A DNA stretch of 64,000 nt from an uncultured Anaerolineales bacterium (GTDB lineage: Bacteria > Chloroflexota > Anaerolineae > B4-G1): contig CAZHAX010000015.1 in NCBI GenBank assembly GCA_964530325.1, positions 516 to 64,515 on the forward strand, given 5' to 3'. Under the pieces are notes generated by a model. That model had not been told where the DNA came from, did not search any database, and worked only from the letters and a program-made list of their open reading frames with translations. Positions 27,956 through 38,718 of this stretch are shown in pieces. A program made the position numbers and the translations under genes. How positions within the stretch are numbered: position 1 is the stretch's first letter; each line of letters starts with the position of its first letter.

Positions 27956-28639
27956 CTAGGTGAGGCCCTCCAGTCCGTTGCCTTCCCTATCCAGCTCCGC
28001 CATCTCTCCGGTGACCATGAAGACCACGCGCTCGCAGATGTTGGTCACCCGGTCGGCCGATCGCTCCAGGTTGTGGGCCACCCACAGCAGGTAGTTGGCC
28101 TGGTCGATGGCGCGGTGATCGGCCATGACTAATGCGATGAGCTCGTGGTAGACCTGGTTGTAGAGCGCATCAATCTCGTCGTCCCTGGAAGGAATGGCTC
28201 GGGCCCTCTCCGCGTCCCGCCGGACGAAGGCGTCGAGCGCTTCGCGCAGCATCTCCATGGATTTGGCAGCCATCAGTGGGAGATCGATGATCGGCTTGAC
28301 GAAGGGCTTCTCCCCGATCATCAGGTTGATGCGGGCGATGCCCTTGGCGTAGTCGCCGATTCTCTCCAGCTCTGTGACTATCTCCAGAATCGCCGCCAGT
28401 GTGCGCAGATCAACCGCCGCGGGCTGCTGCGTGGCGATCAGGGCCAGGACGTCGGCCTCGATGGCGAAGCGCCTGGCGTTGATCTCCCGGTCGCCAGCCA
28501 CCAGGTTCCGTGAGCCCTCCAGGTCCTTCTGCTTCAGTTGCCGTACAGAGGCAGTGACGGCCTCGGCCACCATGCTCTCCAGAGCCAGGGTCTCGTCCTG
28601 CAGCCGCCGTATCTCTCGATCCAGGGTTACGCGTGGCAT
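27956..28639 (-). CDS. phoU: Phosphate transport system regulator PhoU
   Basis: Two PhoU repeats (AILEIVTELERIGDYAKGIA... / ...AHNLERSADRVTNICERVVF). Start at internal ATG MPRVTLDREI. Confidence 0.88.
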   Translation of the reverse strand: MPRVTLDREIRRLQDETLALESMVAEAVTASVRQLKQKDLEGSRNLVAGDREINARRFAIEADVLALIATQQPAAVDLRTLAAILEIVTELERIGDYAKGIARINLMIGEKPFVKPIIDLPLMAAKSMEMLREALDAFVRRDAERARAIPSRDDEIDALYNQVYHELIALVMADHRAIDQANYLLWVAHNLERSADRVTNICERVVFMVTGEMAELDREGNGLEGLT

Positions 28640-28640
28640 T

Positions 28641-29185
28641 CTACCCAGACTCCCCCTCGGTGCTCTCGGAGCCGAAAGCCTCCAGATGGGCGAGAACCTG
28701 GCTACGGGCATCATCCCGTGCCTGCCGAAATACCTGCAGCCGCGCCTCGTCGATGGTGAGGTTGCCGAAGGACTGCTTCGCCGGACGCTCCTCGCCGCCG
28801 CTATCCTGCAGCTCCTCTCGCACCAGCCTGTCGCGCCTCAGCAGAGCCTTGATACGCGCGAATAGCTCCCGCATGCTGAAGGGCTTGGTGGGGCACTCAT
28901 CCGCTCCCACCTCGAGCTCTGCGACCCTGTCGATCTCCTCGTCTCACGCGGTGAGCATGATGATGGGCACGCTCATCTCCCGGCGGATGATGCGGCAGAC
29001 CTCCAGGCCGTCCAGCCCCGGGAGCATGATGTCCAGCAGGATCAGGTCGGGGCGCTGCTCTCGCGCGAGCTTCAGGCGGGCCCGTCTGTAGCACAGGCTA
29101 CGTCGTACCACTCTCGGCTCAGGTTGTACTGCAGGGTGTCTGCCAGAGCCGGCTCATCTTCCACTACCAGTACTTTCTCAGTCAC
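28641..29185 (-). pseudogene. Decayed OmpR/PhoB-family response regulator: -1 frameshift after ...CATDG, in-frame TGA replacing the conserved Arg of LTARDEE, and truncated winged-helix domain
   Basis: Reverse-strand translation gives [35 protein letters not shown] then a frame change. It resumes as [82 protein letters not shown]...[16 protein letters not shown], then ends after 26 unrelated residues. The usual ~80-aa DNA-binding domain is missing. Confidence 0.6.
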
Positions 29186-30097
29186 CTAGCTCTGGCTCTC
29201 CGCCGGGACGGCAACGGTACCAATCGCTCCGGGGCCGGCGTGCGCCGACAGGGCGGCTCGCGGCTCCCGTATCCAGATGTCCCGGCGGGGGAAGCCCAGC
29301 CGCTCCGCCAACTCATCCGCCAACTCCGCCGCCTTGTCCGGTATGCGGGTGTGGAGCACACCCAGGTATTCCAGAGGACCCAGTGCCTCGACCTTCTCTA
29401 CGAGCCGCCGCACGCCGGACTTGAGCGAGCGGGCAGCGCCGCCGAGGCGCAGCTGGCCGTCGACGACGTCGATCACGGCCTTGATGTTCAGGGCCTTGGC
29501 CATGCGGTCGACGATCGGGATCAGCGCATCTGCCCGCCCCCCGCGGCGAATGTTCTCCAAGGTGCTCAAGACCACGCTGACATGCATTCGCGATCTGAGT
29601 GCTTGTAGCTGGGGCAGGATCTCCTGCAGCGATCGGCCGGCGCGCGCGGCCTGGGCCGCCGCGAGAGCCTGGAGCCCCTCACCCAGGGAGATAGAGAGGG
29701 AATCGAATACGCTCACCGCGTCCCTGAAGCGTCGAGCAGCGACGTGCGCGGCGTTGAACGTCCCGCTGTGCTTGCTGGTCAGAGCAACGCATATTACCTG
29801 CTTGCCGCGCGCCACCAGGCGGTCGAACGCCTCTTCGAAGGCTCCCACAGAGGGCTGAGAGGTCTCCGGATGGTGAGGCCCGGCCGCCTTCTCCCAGAAC
29901 TCGTCGGCAGGCAGCTCCCCATCGTCGTGAACCTCGCTGCCGAAGCGTACGACGAGCGGCACGACAGTGATCTTCAGCTGCTCCACCAGCTGGCGCGGCA
30001 GGTCGCACGCGCTGTCCGTCACGATTGCCACCTTCTGCTTGATCTCTGATGCGGTCACCTCACTCTCCTCCTGGCGGCGGGCGCTGGCCGCCGCCAC
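29186..30097 (-). CDS. DegV-family fatty-acid-binding protein
   Basis: KVAIVTDSACDLP N-terminal motif and a DegV-like body. Confidence 0.85.
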   Translation of the reverse strand: MAAASARRQEESEVTASEIKQKVAIVTDSACDLPRQLVEQLKITVVPLVVRFGSEVHDDGELPADEFWEKAAGPHHPETSQPSVGAFEEAFDRLVARGKQVICVALTSKHSGTFNAAHVAARRFRDAVSVFDSLSISLGEGLQALAAAQAARAGRSLQEILPQLQALRSRMHVSVVLSTLENIRRGGRADALIPIVDRMAKALNIKAVIDVVDGQLRLGGAARSLKSGVRRLVEKVEALGPLEYLGVLHTRIPDKAAELADELAERLGFPRRDIWIREPRAALSAHAGPGAIGTVAVPAESQS

Positions 30098-30107
30098 CTC
30101 ACGTCCG

Positions 30108-31262
30108 CTATCCCAGGACCCCTACTCGTCTAAGGACGCGTCCCAGCAGTGAGAACTCAAGGTCTATGGCTCCCTCCGGACACATCTCGTGGCAGCAGTA
30201 GCAGCGTATGCAGGACTCGGAATCGACCACCGCCAGTCGATCGACTATGGCGATCGCGCCGCGGGGGCAGGAGACGACGCAGGTCCCGCATGCTGTGCAG
30301 CGCTCCTTCTTGGGCACGGGCAGCGGTGTCATAGCCTCCATGACCCAGCGCCAGTACGGCGGGCGGACATCGCCGGTCAAGTCGGCCCGGGCGGAATCGG
30401 GGAGGCTGAAGTTGGGCACGGAAACATCTTCGGGCGATAGGCCTGCAAACGTGATCTCCTGCGGCCACCAGCCGCGGCGGGCCGCGGCGCGGAAGAGTGC
30501 CAGCCGGTCCGGATCGAGCCGGATTACCTGGCAAGCAGCAGCGTCGATGGCCACGCCGTCCGGGCTGGCGAGCAGCAGACCCAGCTCGCGAGGGATGCCG
30601 CCCAGGCTGGGCCCGTTTCCCTCCAGGGCGATGATCCCATCCATGATGTAGAGCGCCGGGCGGATCAGGTCGACGATGTCGAGAAGCATGTCACAGAACT
30701 CGTCGATCCGCTCCAGTTTGGCGTGATAGGCGGTCTTGGTCAGGCCGGGGACGAGGCCGAACAAGTTCTTGATGCCGCCCGTCATCGTCGTCTTGCCGTG
30801 CGTCTTGAGCTTGGGCAGCACAATCACAGCGTCCGCGTCTTGCCACGCATCGATGATGTCGATCCGCTTGAGCAGGATGCCGGTAGGGGCGGGCACCTGG
30901 GAGGCGGCGCCGTCGTAGTGTAGCCTCACCCCAGTGCGTCCGGCGACCTCCATCATGCCCGTATCGCGATAGACCCTGCGCATGCCTACGTTGTTGTGCA
31001 GTGGCCCGCCAGGGCTCTCGGCAATGAAGGGATCCGCCTTCTGCTCCTGCACCAGGTGGACTACCGCTTCGACGACGGCGGGATGGGTGGTGATGGCCCT
31101 CTCGGGGCGGATCGGCATCAGCAGATTGGGCTTGAGCAGCACTCGCTGCCCCGGCTCGACGAACGCCTGCATACCGCCCAGCGGCTCGAGTAGGTCGCGC
31201 AGGGCGGCCTCTACCTGGGGCGGATCGTAGCTGCTGCACTGGACCAGGCTCACCTTGGCCAC
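30108..31262 (-). CDS. DUF362 domain protein with C-terminal 4Fe-4S dicluster ferredoxin domain
   Basis: DUF362-type N-terminal region (LLKPNLL...). Two CxxCxxCxxxCP motifs (CTACGTCVVSCP, CIRCYCCHEMCP). Confidence 0.8.
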   Translation of the reverse strand: MAKVSLVQCSSYDPPQVEAALRDLLEPLGGMQAFVEPGQRVLLKPNLLMPIRPERAITTHPAVVEAVVHLVQEQKADPFIAESPGGPLHNNVGMRRVYRDTGMMEVAGRTGVRLHYDGAASQVPAPTGILLKRIDIIDAWQDADAVIVLPKLKTHGKTTMTGGIKNLFGLVPGLTKTAYHAKLERIDEFCDMLLDIVDLIRPALYIMDGIIALEGNGPSLGGIPRELGLLLASPDGVAIDAAACQVIRLDPDRLALFRAAARRGWWPQEITFAGLSPEDVSVPNFSLPDSARADLTGDVRPPYWRWVMEAMTPLPVPKKERCTACGTCVVSCPRGAIAIVDRLAVVDSESCIRCYCCHEMCPEGAIDLEFSLLGRVLRRVGVLG

Positions 31263-31310
31263 GGCGGCATTCTACAACGTCTGCGGCGCGAGAGCAAGCC
31301 CTGCCGGGGT

Positions 31311-31339
31311 TTGGGCCGGCTGGTCGGTCGTGCTATAAT
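31311..31339 (+). promoter_or_regulatory. Candidate promoter for ybdK: TTGGGC-17 nt-TATAAT
   Basis: Exact TATAAT with a 17-nt spacer to a -35-like hexamer, about 40 bp upstream of the ATG at 31378. The region is divergent from the DUF362 gene. Confidence 0.4.
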
Positions 31340-31377
31340 CGGCTTGCGCCTGAGCGGATTGACATCGAGGGCAGCAG

Positions 31378-32487
31378 ATGAAAGCTGGCGCTTCGCTGAC
31401 GATCGGCATCGAAGAAGAGTATCAGATCATCGACCCCCAGACGCGGGAGCTCTGCTCCTACGTCCAGCAGTTCCTGGAGAAGGGTCAGGCCGTGCTGCCA
31501 GACCAGCTGCGGGCTGAGTTCATGCAATCGCAGCTCGAGGCGGGGACGGCAATATGCCGGGACATAGGCGAGGCCCGTGAGGAGCTGAAACGCATCCGCT
31601 CGATGGTGCGCGCCCTGGCTGAGAGGGAAGGCCTCTGGGTGGGCGCCGCGGGGACTCACCCCTTCTCCTCCTGGGCCAAGCAGGAGATCTCGCCTATCGG
31701 TCGCTACCCGGAGCTGGCGCGGTTTCTGCAGGACGTCGGTCGGAGGCTGCTCGTCTTTGGCATGCACGTTCATATCGGCATAGAGGACAGCGAGCTGCTG
31801 ATCGAGGTGATGAACCAGATCCGGCAGTTCCTTCCCTCTCTGCTCGCACTTTCCACCAGCTCTCCGTTCTGGCACGGCCGCGATACTGGCTTCAAATCGT
31901 ATCGAAGCGTCGTCTTCGACAGCCTGCCCCGAGCCGGGATCCCGCCTCACTTCGACTCGCACTCTGAGTACTGCGACTACGTGCAGCTTCTGCTCAAGAC
32001 GGAAAGCATCGCTGAACCGACTCACATCTGGTGGGACGTGCGGCCCAGCGAGAAGTTCCCCACGCTGGAGGTGCGCATCCCGGACATGTGCACCCGGCTT
32101 GAGGAGACGCTCTGTCTGGCGGCGCTGATACAGGCCATCGTGGCCAAGCTGGTGCGCCTGCGCCAGGAGAAGCGGCCGCCGCCCATCTACCGCAGGCACC
32201 TGATGGACGAGAACAAGTGGCGTTCCATGCGCTATGGCGTCGGGGGTAAGCTGATCGACTTCGACCGGGCTCGCGAGGCGCTGGTCTCAGAGCGGGTCGA
32301 GTCCCTGCTGGCCTGGATTGACGACATCGTGGACGAGCTGGGAAGCCGGGCTGAAGTGGAGTACGCGACGGCGATCCTGGGCCGGGGTGCCAGCGCCGAT
32401 CGCCAGCTGGCCGTCTTCGAGCGCAGCGGGGACCTGGTGGCGGTTGTCGACCACGTGGTGGCGGAGTCGCAAGAAGGGCTGGACTGA
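31378..32487 (+). CDS. ybdK: Carboxylate-amine ligase YbdK (glutamate-cysteine ligase family 2)
   Basis: LTIGIEEEYQIIDPQTREL... GCS2-family N-terminus and a conserved body. Confidence 0.88.
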   Translation: MKAGASLTIGIEEEYQIIDPQTRELCSYVQQFLEKGQAVLPDQLRAEFMQSQLEAGTAICRDIGEAREELKRIRSMVRALAEREGLWVGAAGTHPFSSWAKQEISPIGRYPELARFLQDVGRRLLVFGMHVHIGIEDSELLIEVMNQIRQFLPSLLALSTSSPFWHGRDTGFKSYRSVVFDSLPRAGIPPHFDSHSEYCDYVQLLLKTESIAEPTHIWWDVRPSEKFPTLEVRIPDMCTRLEETLCLAALIQAIVAKLVRLRQEKRPPPIYRRHLMDENKWRSMRYGVGGKLIDFDRAREALVSERVESLLAWIDDIVDELGSRAEVEYATAILGRGASADRQLAVFERSGDLVAVVDHVVAESQEGLD

Positions 32488-32504
32488 CAGCGGCGGGCGG
32501 CCTT

Positions 32505-33215
32505 CTACACCCGCTCCTCGGCCAAGTCGCGCAGCGGCAGCCGGCGGTGCTCGCCGGAGCAGCGGTTCAGGGCAAGGACGCGGTCCCGGCAGACGTGGGG
32601 AGCGTAGCGGCCCGCCGCTAGTTCCTCGATCAGCTCCTCCTCGGTCCTGACGGCCCGCTCCAGCGCGTTGCAGTAGAGCCCCACGTGGTCCACCCGATGG
32701 GCGTCCGAGTTGAAGAGGGCGGGAAGGTCAAGCCTGGCGCGTACCAGACTGATCAAGTCGGCCTGGTCGAGGCCGATGTGGACAGACAGAGCCTCGATCG
32801 CATCGGGCCGATAGCGCTCGATGTCGATGGCTATCCTGCCGCTGTAGCGGAAGGGGTGGGCCAGAGTGACGAATCCGCCCTGGCTGCGCACCAGATCGAA
32901 GAGGGTGGGGTAGTCCCAGTCGCGCTCCTCAAGCGCCGGGTCGCGGACGCCCAGCACGAGGACGTCCTCGCCCTCGATGAGTGAGATCTCCACTCCGCCG
33001 AAGATCAGGAATGGCGCGTAGCGCCGGTTGAGCTGTTCGAGCCGACCGGGGTCAACTAGACGGTGGTGGTCCGTGAAAGCCAGCCCGTCCAGCCCGTAGT
33101 CGATCGCCGCCTCGATCAGCTCTTCCTCTCCGGCGGTGCTGCACCCGGAGCGCTCGCTGGCGTGCACGTGCAGGTCTATCTTCACTGGCCAATCGAAGAG
33201 AGCCCGCCGGTCCAT
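32505..33215 (-). CDS. PHP-domain metal-dependent phosphoesterase
   Basis: IDLHVHASERSGCS...AFTDHH...LAHP PHP-domain His/Asp motifs. Confidence 0.8.
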   Translation of the reverse strand: MDRRALFDWPVKIDLHVHASERSGCSTAGEEELIEAAIDYGLDGLAFTDHHRLVDPGRLEQLNRRYAPFLIFGGVEISLIEGEDVLVLGVRDPALEERDWDYPTLFDLVRSQGGFVTLAHPFRYSGRIAIDIERYRPDAIEALSVHIGLDQADLISLVRARLDLPALFNSDAHRVDHVGLYCNALERAVRTEEELIEELAAGRYAPHVCRDRVLALNRCSGEHRRLPLRDLAEERV

Positions 33216-33311
33216 GAGACAAGCTGCGCGACCGGCGGCTCAGAGAGCAGCCCCTGGTGCCGGTTCGCGCCCGGGGCTGCCGTGCAGTTGACTCAGCTCG
33301 GCTGGGCCGCC

Positions 33312-34331
33312 CTACATTGCGGCGATGATTGCGTCCGCCATCTCCTGTGTGCCGACGGCGGTCGGATCGTCCCGGGTTGGCTTCAAGTCGAACGTCACGC
33401 TTTCGCCAGCGCCAATGACGGCGGCGACCGCGTTCTCCACCCTCTGGGCGGCCTCCTTCTGTCCCAAGTGGCGCAGCAGCAGCACGCCGGTGAGGATGGT
33501 CGCGGTCGGATTGACCTTGTTCTGGCCGGCGTACTTGGGCGCGGAGCCGTGCACTGGCTCGAAGACCGCCATGTCCTCGCCGATGTTCGCTCCGGGCGCG
33601 ACGCCCAGCCCGCCGACAAGGCCCGAGCTCAGGTCGCTCAGTATGTCACCGAAGAGGTTGGGCATGACGAGCACGTCATACTCGTGCGGCCGCAGCACCA
33701 GCTGCATGGCCATGTTGTCCACGATACGATCGTTGAACTCAATGTCCGGGTAGTCCTCGGCGACCTCGCGAGCGACCTTGAGGAAGAGCCCGCACGTCGC
33801 CTTGAGGATGTTCGCCTTGTGCACGGCCGTGACCTTCTTGCGGCCGTTGGCCCGGGCGTAGTCGAAGGCGAAGCGGACGATGCGCTCGCTGCCCTTACGG
33901 GTGATTATGCGGATCGATTCCGCCGCCTGATCGGGGATGACCTCGTGCTCCACGCCCGAGTACAGCCCTTCCGTAGCCTCCCGTACCACGATCAGGTCGA
34001 TCCCCTCGTAGCGGCTCTGTATGCCCTTGATCGATTTCACGGCCCGCAAGTTGGCGTAGAGGTCGAGCAACATGCGGATAGCGACGTTCACGCTGCGGAA
34101 ACCTGTCCCCACCGGCGTCGTGATCGGCCCCTTGATCGCTACCTTGTTGGTGCGGATCGAGTCCAGGACCGAATCCGGCAGCGGCGTGCCGTACTTGTCG
34201 ATCACGTCGGCGCCGGCCTCCTGCACGTCCCAGTCGAAAGCCACGCCGGTCGCCTCGACCACCCGGCGCATCGCCTCTGTGACCTCCGGCCCTGTGCCGT
34301 CTCCTGGTATCAGCGTGACGCGATGTGCCAT
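33312..34331 (-). CDS. Isocitrate/isopropylmalate dehydrogenase family enzyme (NAD-type; probably isocitrate dehydrogenase given the aconitase neighbour)
   Basis: [14 protein letters not shown]-terminal motif and ...[10 protein letters not shown]... signature. 339 aa. Confidence 0.8.
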   Translation of the reverse strand: MAHRVTLIPGDGTGPEVTEAMRRVVEATGVAFDWDVQEAGADVIDKYGTPLPDSVLDSIRTNKVAIKGPITTPVGTGFRSVNVAIRMLLDLYANLRAVKSIKGIQSRYEGIDLIVVREATEGLYSGVEHEVIPDQAAESIRIITRKGSERIVRFAFDYARANGRKKVTAVHKANILKATCGLFLKVAREVAEDYPDIEFNDRIVDNMAMQLVLRPHEYDVLVMPNLFGDILSDLSSGLVGGLGVAPGANIGEDMAVFEPVHGSAPKYAGQNKVNPTATILTGVLLLRHLGQKEAAQRVENAVAAVIGAGESVTFDLKPTRDDPTAVGTQEMADAIIAAM

Positions 34332-34332
34332 T

Positions 34333-36261
34333 CTATCGACCTCCTGCTTTGACGTAGTTCAGCAAGCCCCCGGCAAGCACGATCCGGGCCTGGCGTTCAG
34401 TCAGGCCGGGCCTCAAGGCGACCGTTTCCTCGCCCGTGAGCTTCTGTGCAATCAGATCCTCGCCGTCCTCCAGCGCGGCCCGCGCCCCTCGGATCTCCCA
34501 CTCTTCGCCCTGGGCCAGCAGCTGATAGTCGCTCTCGTCCACGAGCGCCAGGGGCAGGATCCCGGCGTTGACCAGGTTCGCCTTGTGGATACGGGAGTAG
34601 GACTTGGCGATCACGGCCTGGACGCCCAGGTAGCGAGGGGCCAGCGCGGCGTGCTCGCGGCTCGATCCCTGCCCGTAGTTGGCGCCGGCGACGATGAGGC
34701 CTCCTCCCCATTCCCTTGCCCTGACCACGAAGTCGGGGTCGAGCAGGGAGAAGGTGTACTCGGACAGCGCGGCCAGGTTCGAGCGCAGCGGCAGGATCTT
34801 AGCTCCCGCTGGCGAAATATCGTCTGTGGTGACGTTGTCCTTCACCTTGAGCAGGACCCGGCTGCGGATCGTATCCGGCAGCGGCGCGAAATCGGGCAGC
34901 GACTTGATGTTCGGCCCGCGGATGACCTCGACCTGGCTGGGGTCGTCGGCCGGGGCCTCGATCAGGTTGTCGCTGACGGCGAAGCGGGCTGGCAACTTGA
35001 TGGCCGGCTGCTCTCCGAGCCGGCGCGGATCGGTGATGGCGCCGTGCAGCGCGGCGGCGGCGCAGGTGGCCGGACTGGCCAGATAGACCTGGTCATCCGC
35101 CGTGCCGCTGCGCCCCTTGAAGTTGCGGGTCGACGTGCGCACAGAGACGGTACCTGTCGGCGGGGCCTGGCCCATGCCGACGCAAGGTCCGCAGGCGGAT
35201 TCGAGAATGCGCGCCCCGGCGCTGATCAGATCGGCCAGCGATCCGCTCTCGGCGATCATAGTCAGCACCTGCTTGCTGCCGGGAGCCACCACCAGGCTGA
35301 CGTCCGGATGGACGGTCTTCCCCTTCAGGATGGCGGCTGCGGTCGTCAGATCCTCCAGCGAGGAGTTGACGCAGGCGCCGATGAAGACCTGGGCCACCGG
35401 CGTCCCAGCGACCTCGCTGACCGGCACGACCAGGTCCGGCATTGATGGCTGGGCGATCAGCGGGGGCAGGGCGCTCAGGTCAAGCTCGATCGTCTCATCG
35501 TACTCGGCGTCCGCATCCGCAGCCAACTCTTGCCACACGTCGCCCCGGCCCTGGGCCTCCAGATAGGCCTTCGTCTGCTCGTCGCTGGGGAAGATCGACG
35601 TCGTAGCGCCTAGCTCGGCGCCCATGTTGCAGATAGTAGCCCGCTGGTCGACGGTGAGCCCGCCCACTGCCGGGCCGTGGTACTCCATGATCTTACCCAC
35701 TCCGCCTTTGACCGACAGGCGGCGCAGCAGCTCGAAGATTACGTCCCGCGCGGTCACCCAGGGATTCAACTCCCCGGTCAGCCTGACGCCGACGATCTTC
35801 GGCATAGCTACGTAGAAAGGGCTGCCGCCCATAGCCACCGCCACGTCCATTCCACCGGAGCCGATCGCCAGCATGCCGATCCCTCCGGCGTTCGGGGTGT
35901 GGCTATCGGAGCCGAGCAGCGTCTTGCCGGGCGCGGCGAAGCGCTCCAGGTGGACCGCGTGGCAGATGCCGTTGCCCGGGCGCGAGAAGTAGGCACCGTA
36001 CCTGGCTGAGGCGGTCTGCAGGTAGCGGTGATCGTCCGCATTGCGGAAGTCGAGCTGCAGCGTGTTGTGGTCGACGTAGGTCACCGAGCGCCCGGTGCGC
36101 ACGCGCGGCATGCCCAGAGCCTCGAACTCGAGCCAGACCGAGGTCCCGGTGGCGTCCTGGGCCAGCGTTTGATCGATCGAGATGGCGATCTCCTGGCCGG
36201 GGACCGTCTCCCCGCCCGCCAGATGTGCCTCGATGATCTTGCGCGCCAGGTTCTGACCCAT
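34333..36261 (-). CDS. Aconitase-family hydratase (fused large and small subunit, ~640 aa)
   Basis: Aconitase signatures GSDSHT, ...[10 protein letters not shown]..., C-terminal swivel domain ...[18 protein letters not shown].... Sits 1 bp downstream of the dehydrogenase gene. Confidence 0.85.
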   Translation of the reverse strand: MGQNLARKIIEAHLAGGETVPGQEIAISIDQTLAQDATGTSVWLEFEALGMPRVRTGRSVTYVDHNTLQLDFRNADDHRYLQTASARYGAYFSRPGNGICHAVHLERFAAPGKTLLGSDSHTPNAGGIGMLAIGSGGMDVAVAMGGSPFYVAMPKIVGVRLTGELNPWVTARDVIFELLRRLSVKGGVGKIMEYHGPAVGGLTVDQRATICNMGAELGATTSIFPSDEQTKAYLEAQGRGDVWQELAADADAEYDETIELDLSALPPLIAQPSMPDLVVPVSEVAGTPVAQVFIGACVNSSLEDLTTAAAILKGKTVHPDVSLVVAPGSKQVLTMIAESGSLADLISAGARILESACGPCVGMGQAPPTGTVSVRTSTRNFKGRSGTADDQVYLASPATCAAAALHGAITDPRRLGEQPAIKLPARFAVSDNLIEAPADDPSQVEVIRGPNIKSLPDFAPLPDTIRSRVLLKVKDNVTTDDISPAGAKILPLRSNLAALSEYTFSLLDPDFVVRAREWGGGLIVAGANYGQGSSREHAALAPRYLGVQAVIAKSYSRIHKANLVNAGILPLALVDESDYQLLAQGEEWEIRGARAALEDGEDLIAQKLTGEETVALRPGLTERQARIVLAGGLLNYVKAGGR

Positions 36262-36575
36262 TGAGGGCTTCCTCCTCGCCTCGCTGCAGAGGCCGGTTCA
36301 GGCAATACTAAGAGATTAGTGGGATTTGTCAAGCAGAATGGAGCGGTCGGCGGCTAGGAGTGAGCGGTCAGCGGAGGGCGGCTGCTGGCGCCGGGGATCA
36401 GAAGCGAGCAGAGGATGGGCAGGCGGTTCAGAGGGGCCCGGCGGAGGACTGATCCGCGATGTGGATAGGGACGCCGCAAAGCTCTCTGTGCTCGGCGCTT
36501 TCAGCGACTAACCTATGCTGCTTTCCCTACGGCCCGACCTGCTGTACAATGACCCACGTCAGCGGAGGGTATGCC

Positions 36576-37976
36576 ATGAGCGACTTCGGTCACGAAACCT
36601 TCATTTCGCCGTTCTCCTGGCGCTACGGCTCCGAGCAGATGCGCGCCATCTGGAGCGAGGTTAACCGGCGCAGGCTTCTCAGGCGGGTCTGGGTGGCCCT
36701 GGCCACCGCGCAGCAGAAGGCCGGGCTGGTCACCAAGAAACAGCTGGCAGACCTGAAGGCCCGCCAGGACGAAGTCGATATCGCCCGGGCGACCGAGATC
36801 GATCGCGAGATCGGCCACGACCTGATGGCAGAGATACGCACCTTCGCCGAGCAGTGCCCCGAGGGCGGGCCCATCATTCATCTGGGGGCGACGAGCGCGG
36901 ACATCACGGACAATGCCGACGCCCTGCGCATACGCGACGCCCTTGATCTGCTGCTCGGCCATCTGAAGGAGCTGCTCTCCGATCTGGCTGATCGCATCGA
37001 AGACCGCGCGGAGCAGGCCTGCATGGGCATAACTCATATCCAGCCGGCCGAGCCGATCACCGTTGGCTACAGGCTCGCTTCGTATGGCCAGGACCTGCTG
37101 GAGGACTACCGGGAGCTGCTGCGGGTGCGGCAGGAGCTGCGGGGGAAAGGGATGAAGGGCGCGGTCGGCAGCGCGGCCTCATACGCCCAGCTGCTTCAGG
37201 GGACCGGCATGACCCCCGCCGAGATGGAGTCGCTGGTGATGGCCGAGCTGGGCCTGGAGGCCTTTCCCGTGGCGACTCAGGTCTATCCCCGCAAGCAGGA
37301 CCTGCGGGTCTTGAATGCGCTGGCCGGGATGGCGGCCTCTATCTATCGTTTTGCCTTCGATCTACGCATTCTCCAGTCGCCTCCATTCGGCGAATGGAGC
37401 GAGCCCTTTGGTGAGAAGCAGGTGGGCTCGTCGGCGATGCCCTTCAAGCGGAATCCGGTCAACGCCGAGAACCTGGACAGCCTGGCCCGCTACGTGGCGG
37501 CCCTCCCTCGCGTGGCCTGGGACAACGCCGCCCACAACCTCCTCGAGCGGACGCTCGACGACTCGGCCAACCGGCGGATTGTTCTGCCGGAGGCCTTCCT
37601 TGCCAGTGAGGAGATCGTAATGAGGGCAGGCCGGGTGCTGCGCGGCCTCGTTCTGCGTGACGATGGCATCGCCCGGAACCTGGCTGCCTATGGCAGCTTC
37701 GCCGGAACGGAACGTGTGTTGATGGAAGCGGTGCGGGCGGGGGCGGATCGCCAGGCGATGCATGAGGTGATCCGTGGCCAGGCGATGCAGGCCTGGCAGG
37801 CCGTCTGGGCCGGCGAGCCCAATCCTCTAGCTGGCCTGCTGTCGGGGGATCCCGAGGTGGTGGAGTACGTCGAGCCAGCCCGCGTGCGCGAGCTGCTCGA
37901 CGCCACGAAGCATGTGGGGGATGCTGCGCAGCGGGCGCGGCGGATGGCGGAGAAGATCCGGGAGAATCTCTCGTAG
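36576..37976 (+). CDS. purB: Adenylosuccinate lyase
   Basis: MSDFGHETFISPFSWRYGSEQMRAIWSE... and the fumarate-lyase signature GSSAMPFKRNP. Internal ATG with GGAGGG RBS. TGtACAAT extended -10 about 35 bp upstream. Confidence 0.9.
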   Translation: MSDFGHETFISPFSWRYGSEQMRAIWSEVNRRRLLRRVWVALATAQQKAGLVTKKQLADLKARQDEVDIARATEIDREIGHDLMAEIRTFAEQCPEGGPIIHLGATSADITDNADALRIRDALDLLLGHLKELLSDLADRIEDRAEQACMGITHIQPAEPITVGYRLASYGQDLLEDYRELLRVRQELRGKGMKGAVGSAASYAQLLQGTGMTPAEMESLVMAELGLEAFPVATQVYPRKQDLRVLNALAGMAASIYRFAFDLRILQSPPFGEWSEPFGEKQVGSSAMPFKRNPVNAENLDSLARYVAALPRVAWDNAAHNLLERTLDDSANRRIVLPEAFLASEEIVMRAGRVLRGLVLRDDGIARNLAAYGSFAGTERVLMEAVRAGADRQAMHEVIRGQAMQAWQAVWAGEPNPLAGLLSGDPEVVEYVEPARVRELLDATKHVGDAAQRARRMAEKIRENLS

Positions 37977-38163
37977 GTCACGCCAGCGCGTCTTGGCCGG
38001 CCAGCTCCGTTCGCCGATTCTGCTCCCCCAGTCGGCCGGCTGATAGGTCGGCCTCCACGCCGGAGCCATGTTCCCCCGACTGGGAGTGAACCGCCGGGGC
38101 GGGCTGGGGCACTCATAGATGGGGAGCAGGCACACAGTGCAGTGGCCTCTGTAGGACTCGTGA

Positions 38164-38718
38164 ATGACCTCTACCCCCGACACGGACGCGGAGCTGCTGG
38201 GCCGCGCAGCGCGCGGCGACACCGAGGCGTTGACGTCGCTCTACGACCGGCATGCACGGGCGCTCTTCGCCTTCTTGTGCCGTCTCACCGCAGACGAAGC
38301 GACCGCTGAGGACCTGTTGCAGGATGCCTTTCTGGCTGCATGGCGGGGGGCCCGGTCCTTTCGGGGCGATTCGTCGGTGCGCACGTGGCTCTTTGGCGTC
38401 GCTCACCACAAGGCGATGCACCATCTGCGCCGAAGCGACCGCAGCAGCGTGGATGGAATCGAGATCATATCTGATACAGGCCCCGCCGTCTCCGAGCTGG
38501 CGGAGGGAGCCTGGGTGCAGGAGCGAGTCTTGACGGCACTGGCAGAGTTGCCCCCTGCCCAGAGGGCGGTACTGGAGCTCGTCTTCTACTTCGGCCTCTC
38601 CTGTGCTGAGGTAGCCGAGGTGCTGGATTGCCCTGTGGGCACCGTGAAGAGCTGGGCCTACCTGGCGAGACGGAAGCTGGCCGGGCTGCTGGGCGGTATC
38701 CCATCGGAGGAGGAATGA
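38164..38718 (+). CDS. ECF-type RNA polymerase sigma-70 factor
   Basis: Region 2 (LLQDAFLAAWRGARSFRGDSSVRTWLFGVAHHKAMHHLRR) and region 4 (LPPAQRAVLELVFYFGLSCAEVAEVLDCPVGTVKSWAYLARRKL). Confidence 0.85.
   Translation: MTSTPDTDAELLGRAARGDTEALTSLYDRHARALFAFLCRLTADEATAEDLLQDAFLAAWRGARSFRGDSSVRTWLFGVAHHKAMHHLRRSDRSSVDGIEIISDTGPAVSELAEGAWVQERVLTALAELPPAQRAVLELVFYFGLSCAEVAEVLDCPVGTVKSWAYLARRKLAGLLGGIPSEEE

Noticed and set aside
28897-29094. ORF 28897..29094 (-) 65 aa
   Set aside because: It is the shifted frame of the decayed response-regulator gene, not an independent gene.
33312-36261. Treating the aconitase + dehydrogenase pair as leuCD/leuB (leucine biosynthesis)
   Set aside because: The 642-aa protein is a fused full-length aconitase-family enzyme, not split LeuC/LeuD. 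The dehydrogenase cannot be assigned to ICDH versus IPMDH from sequence alone, so it is left at family level.
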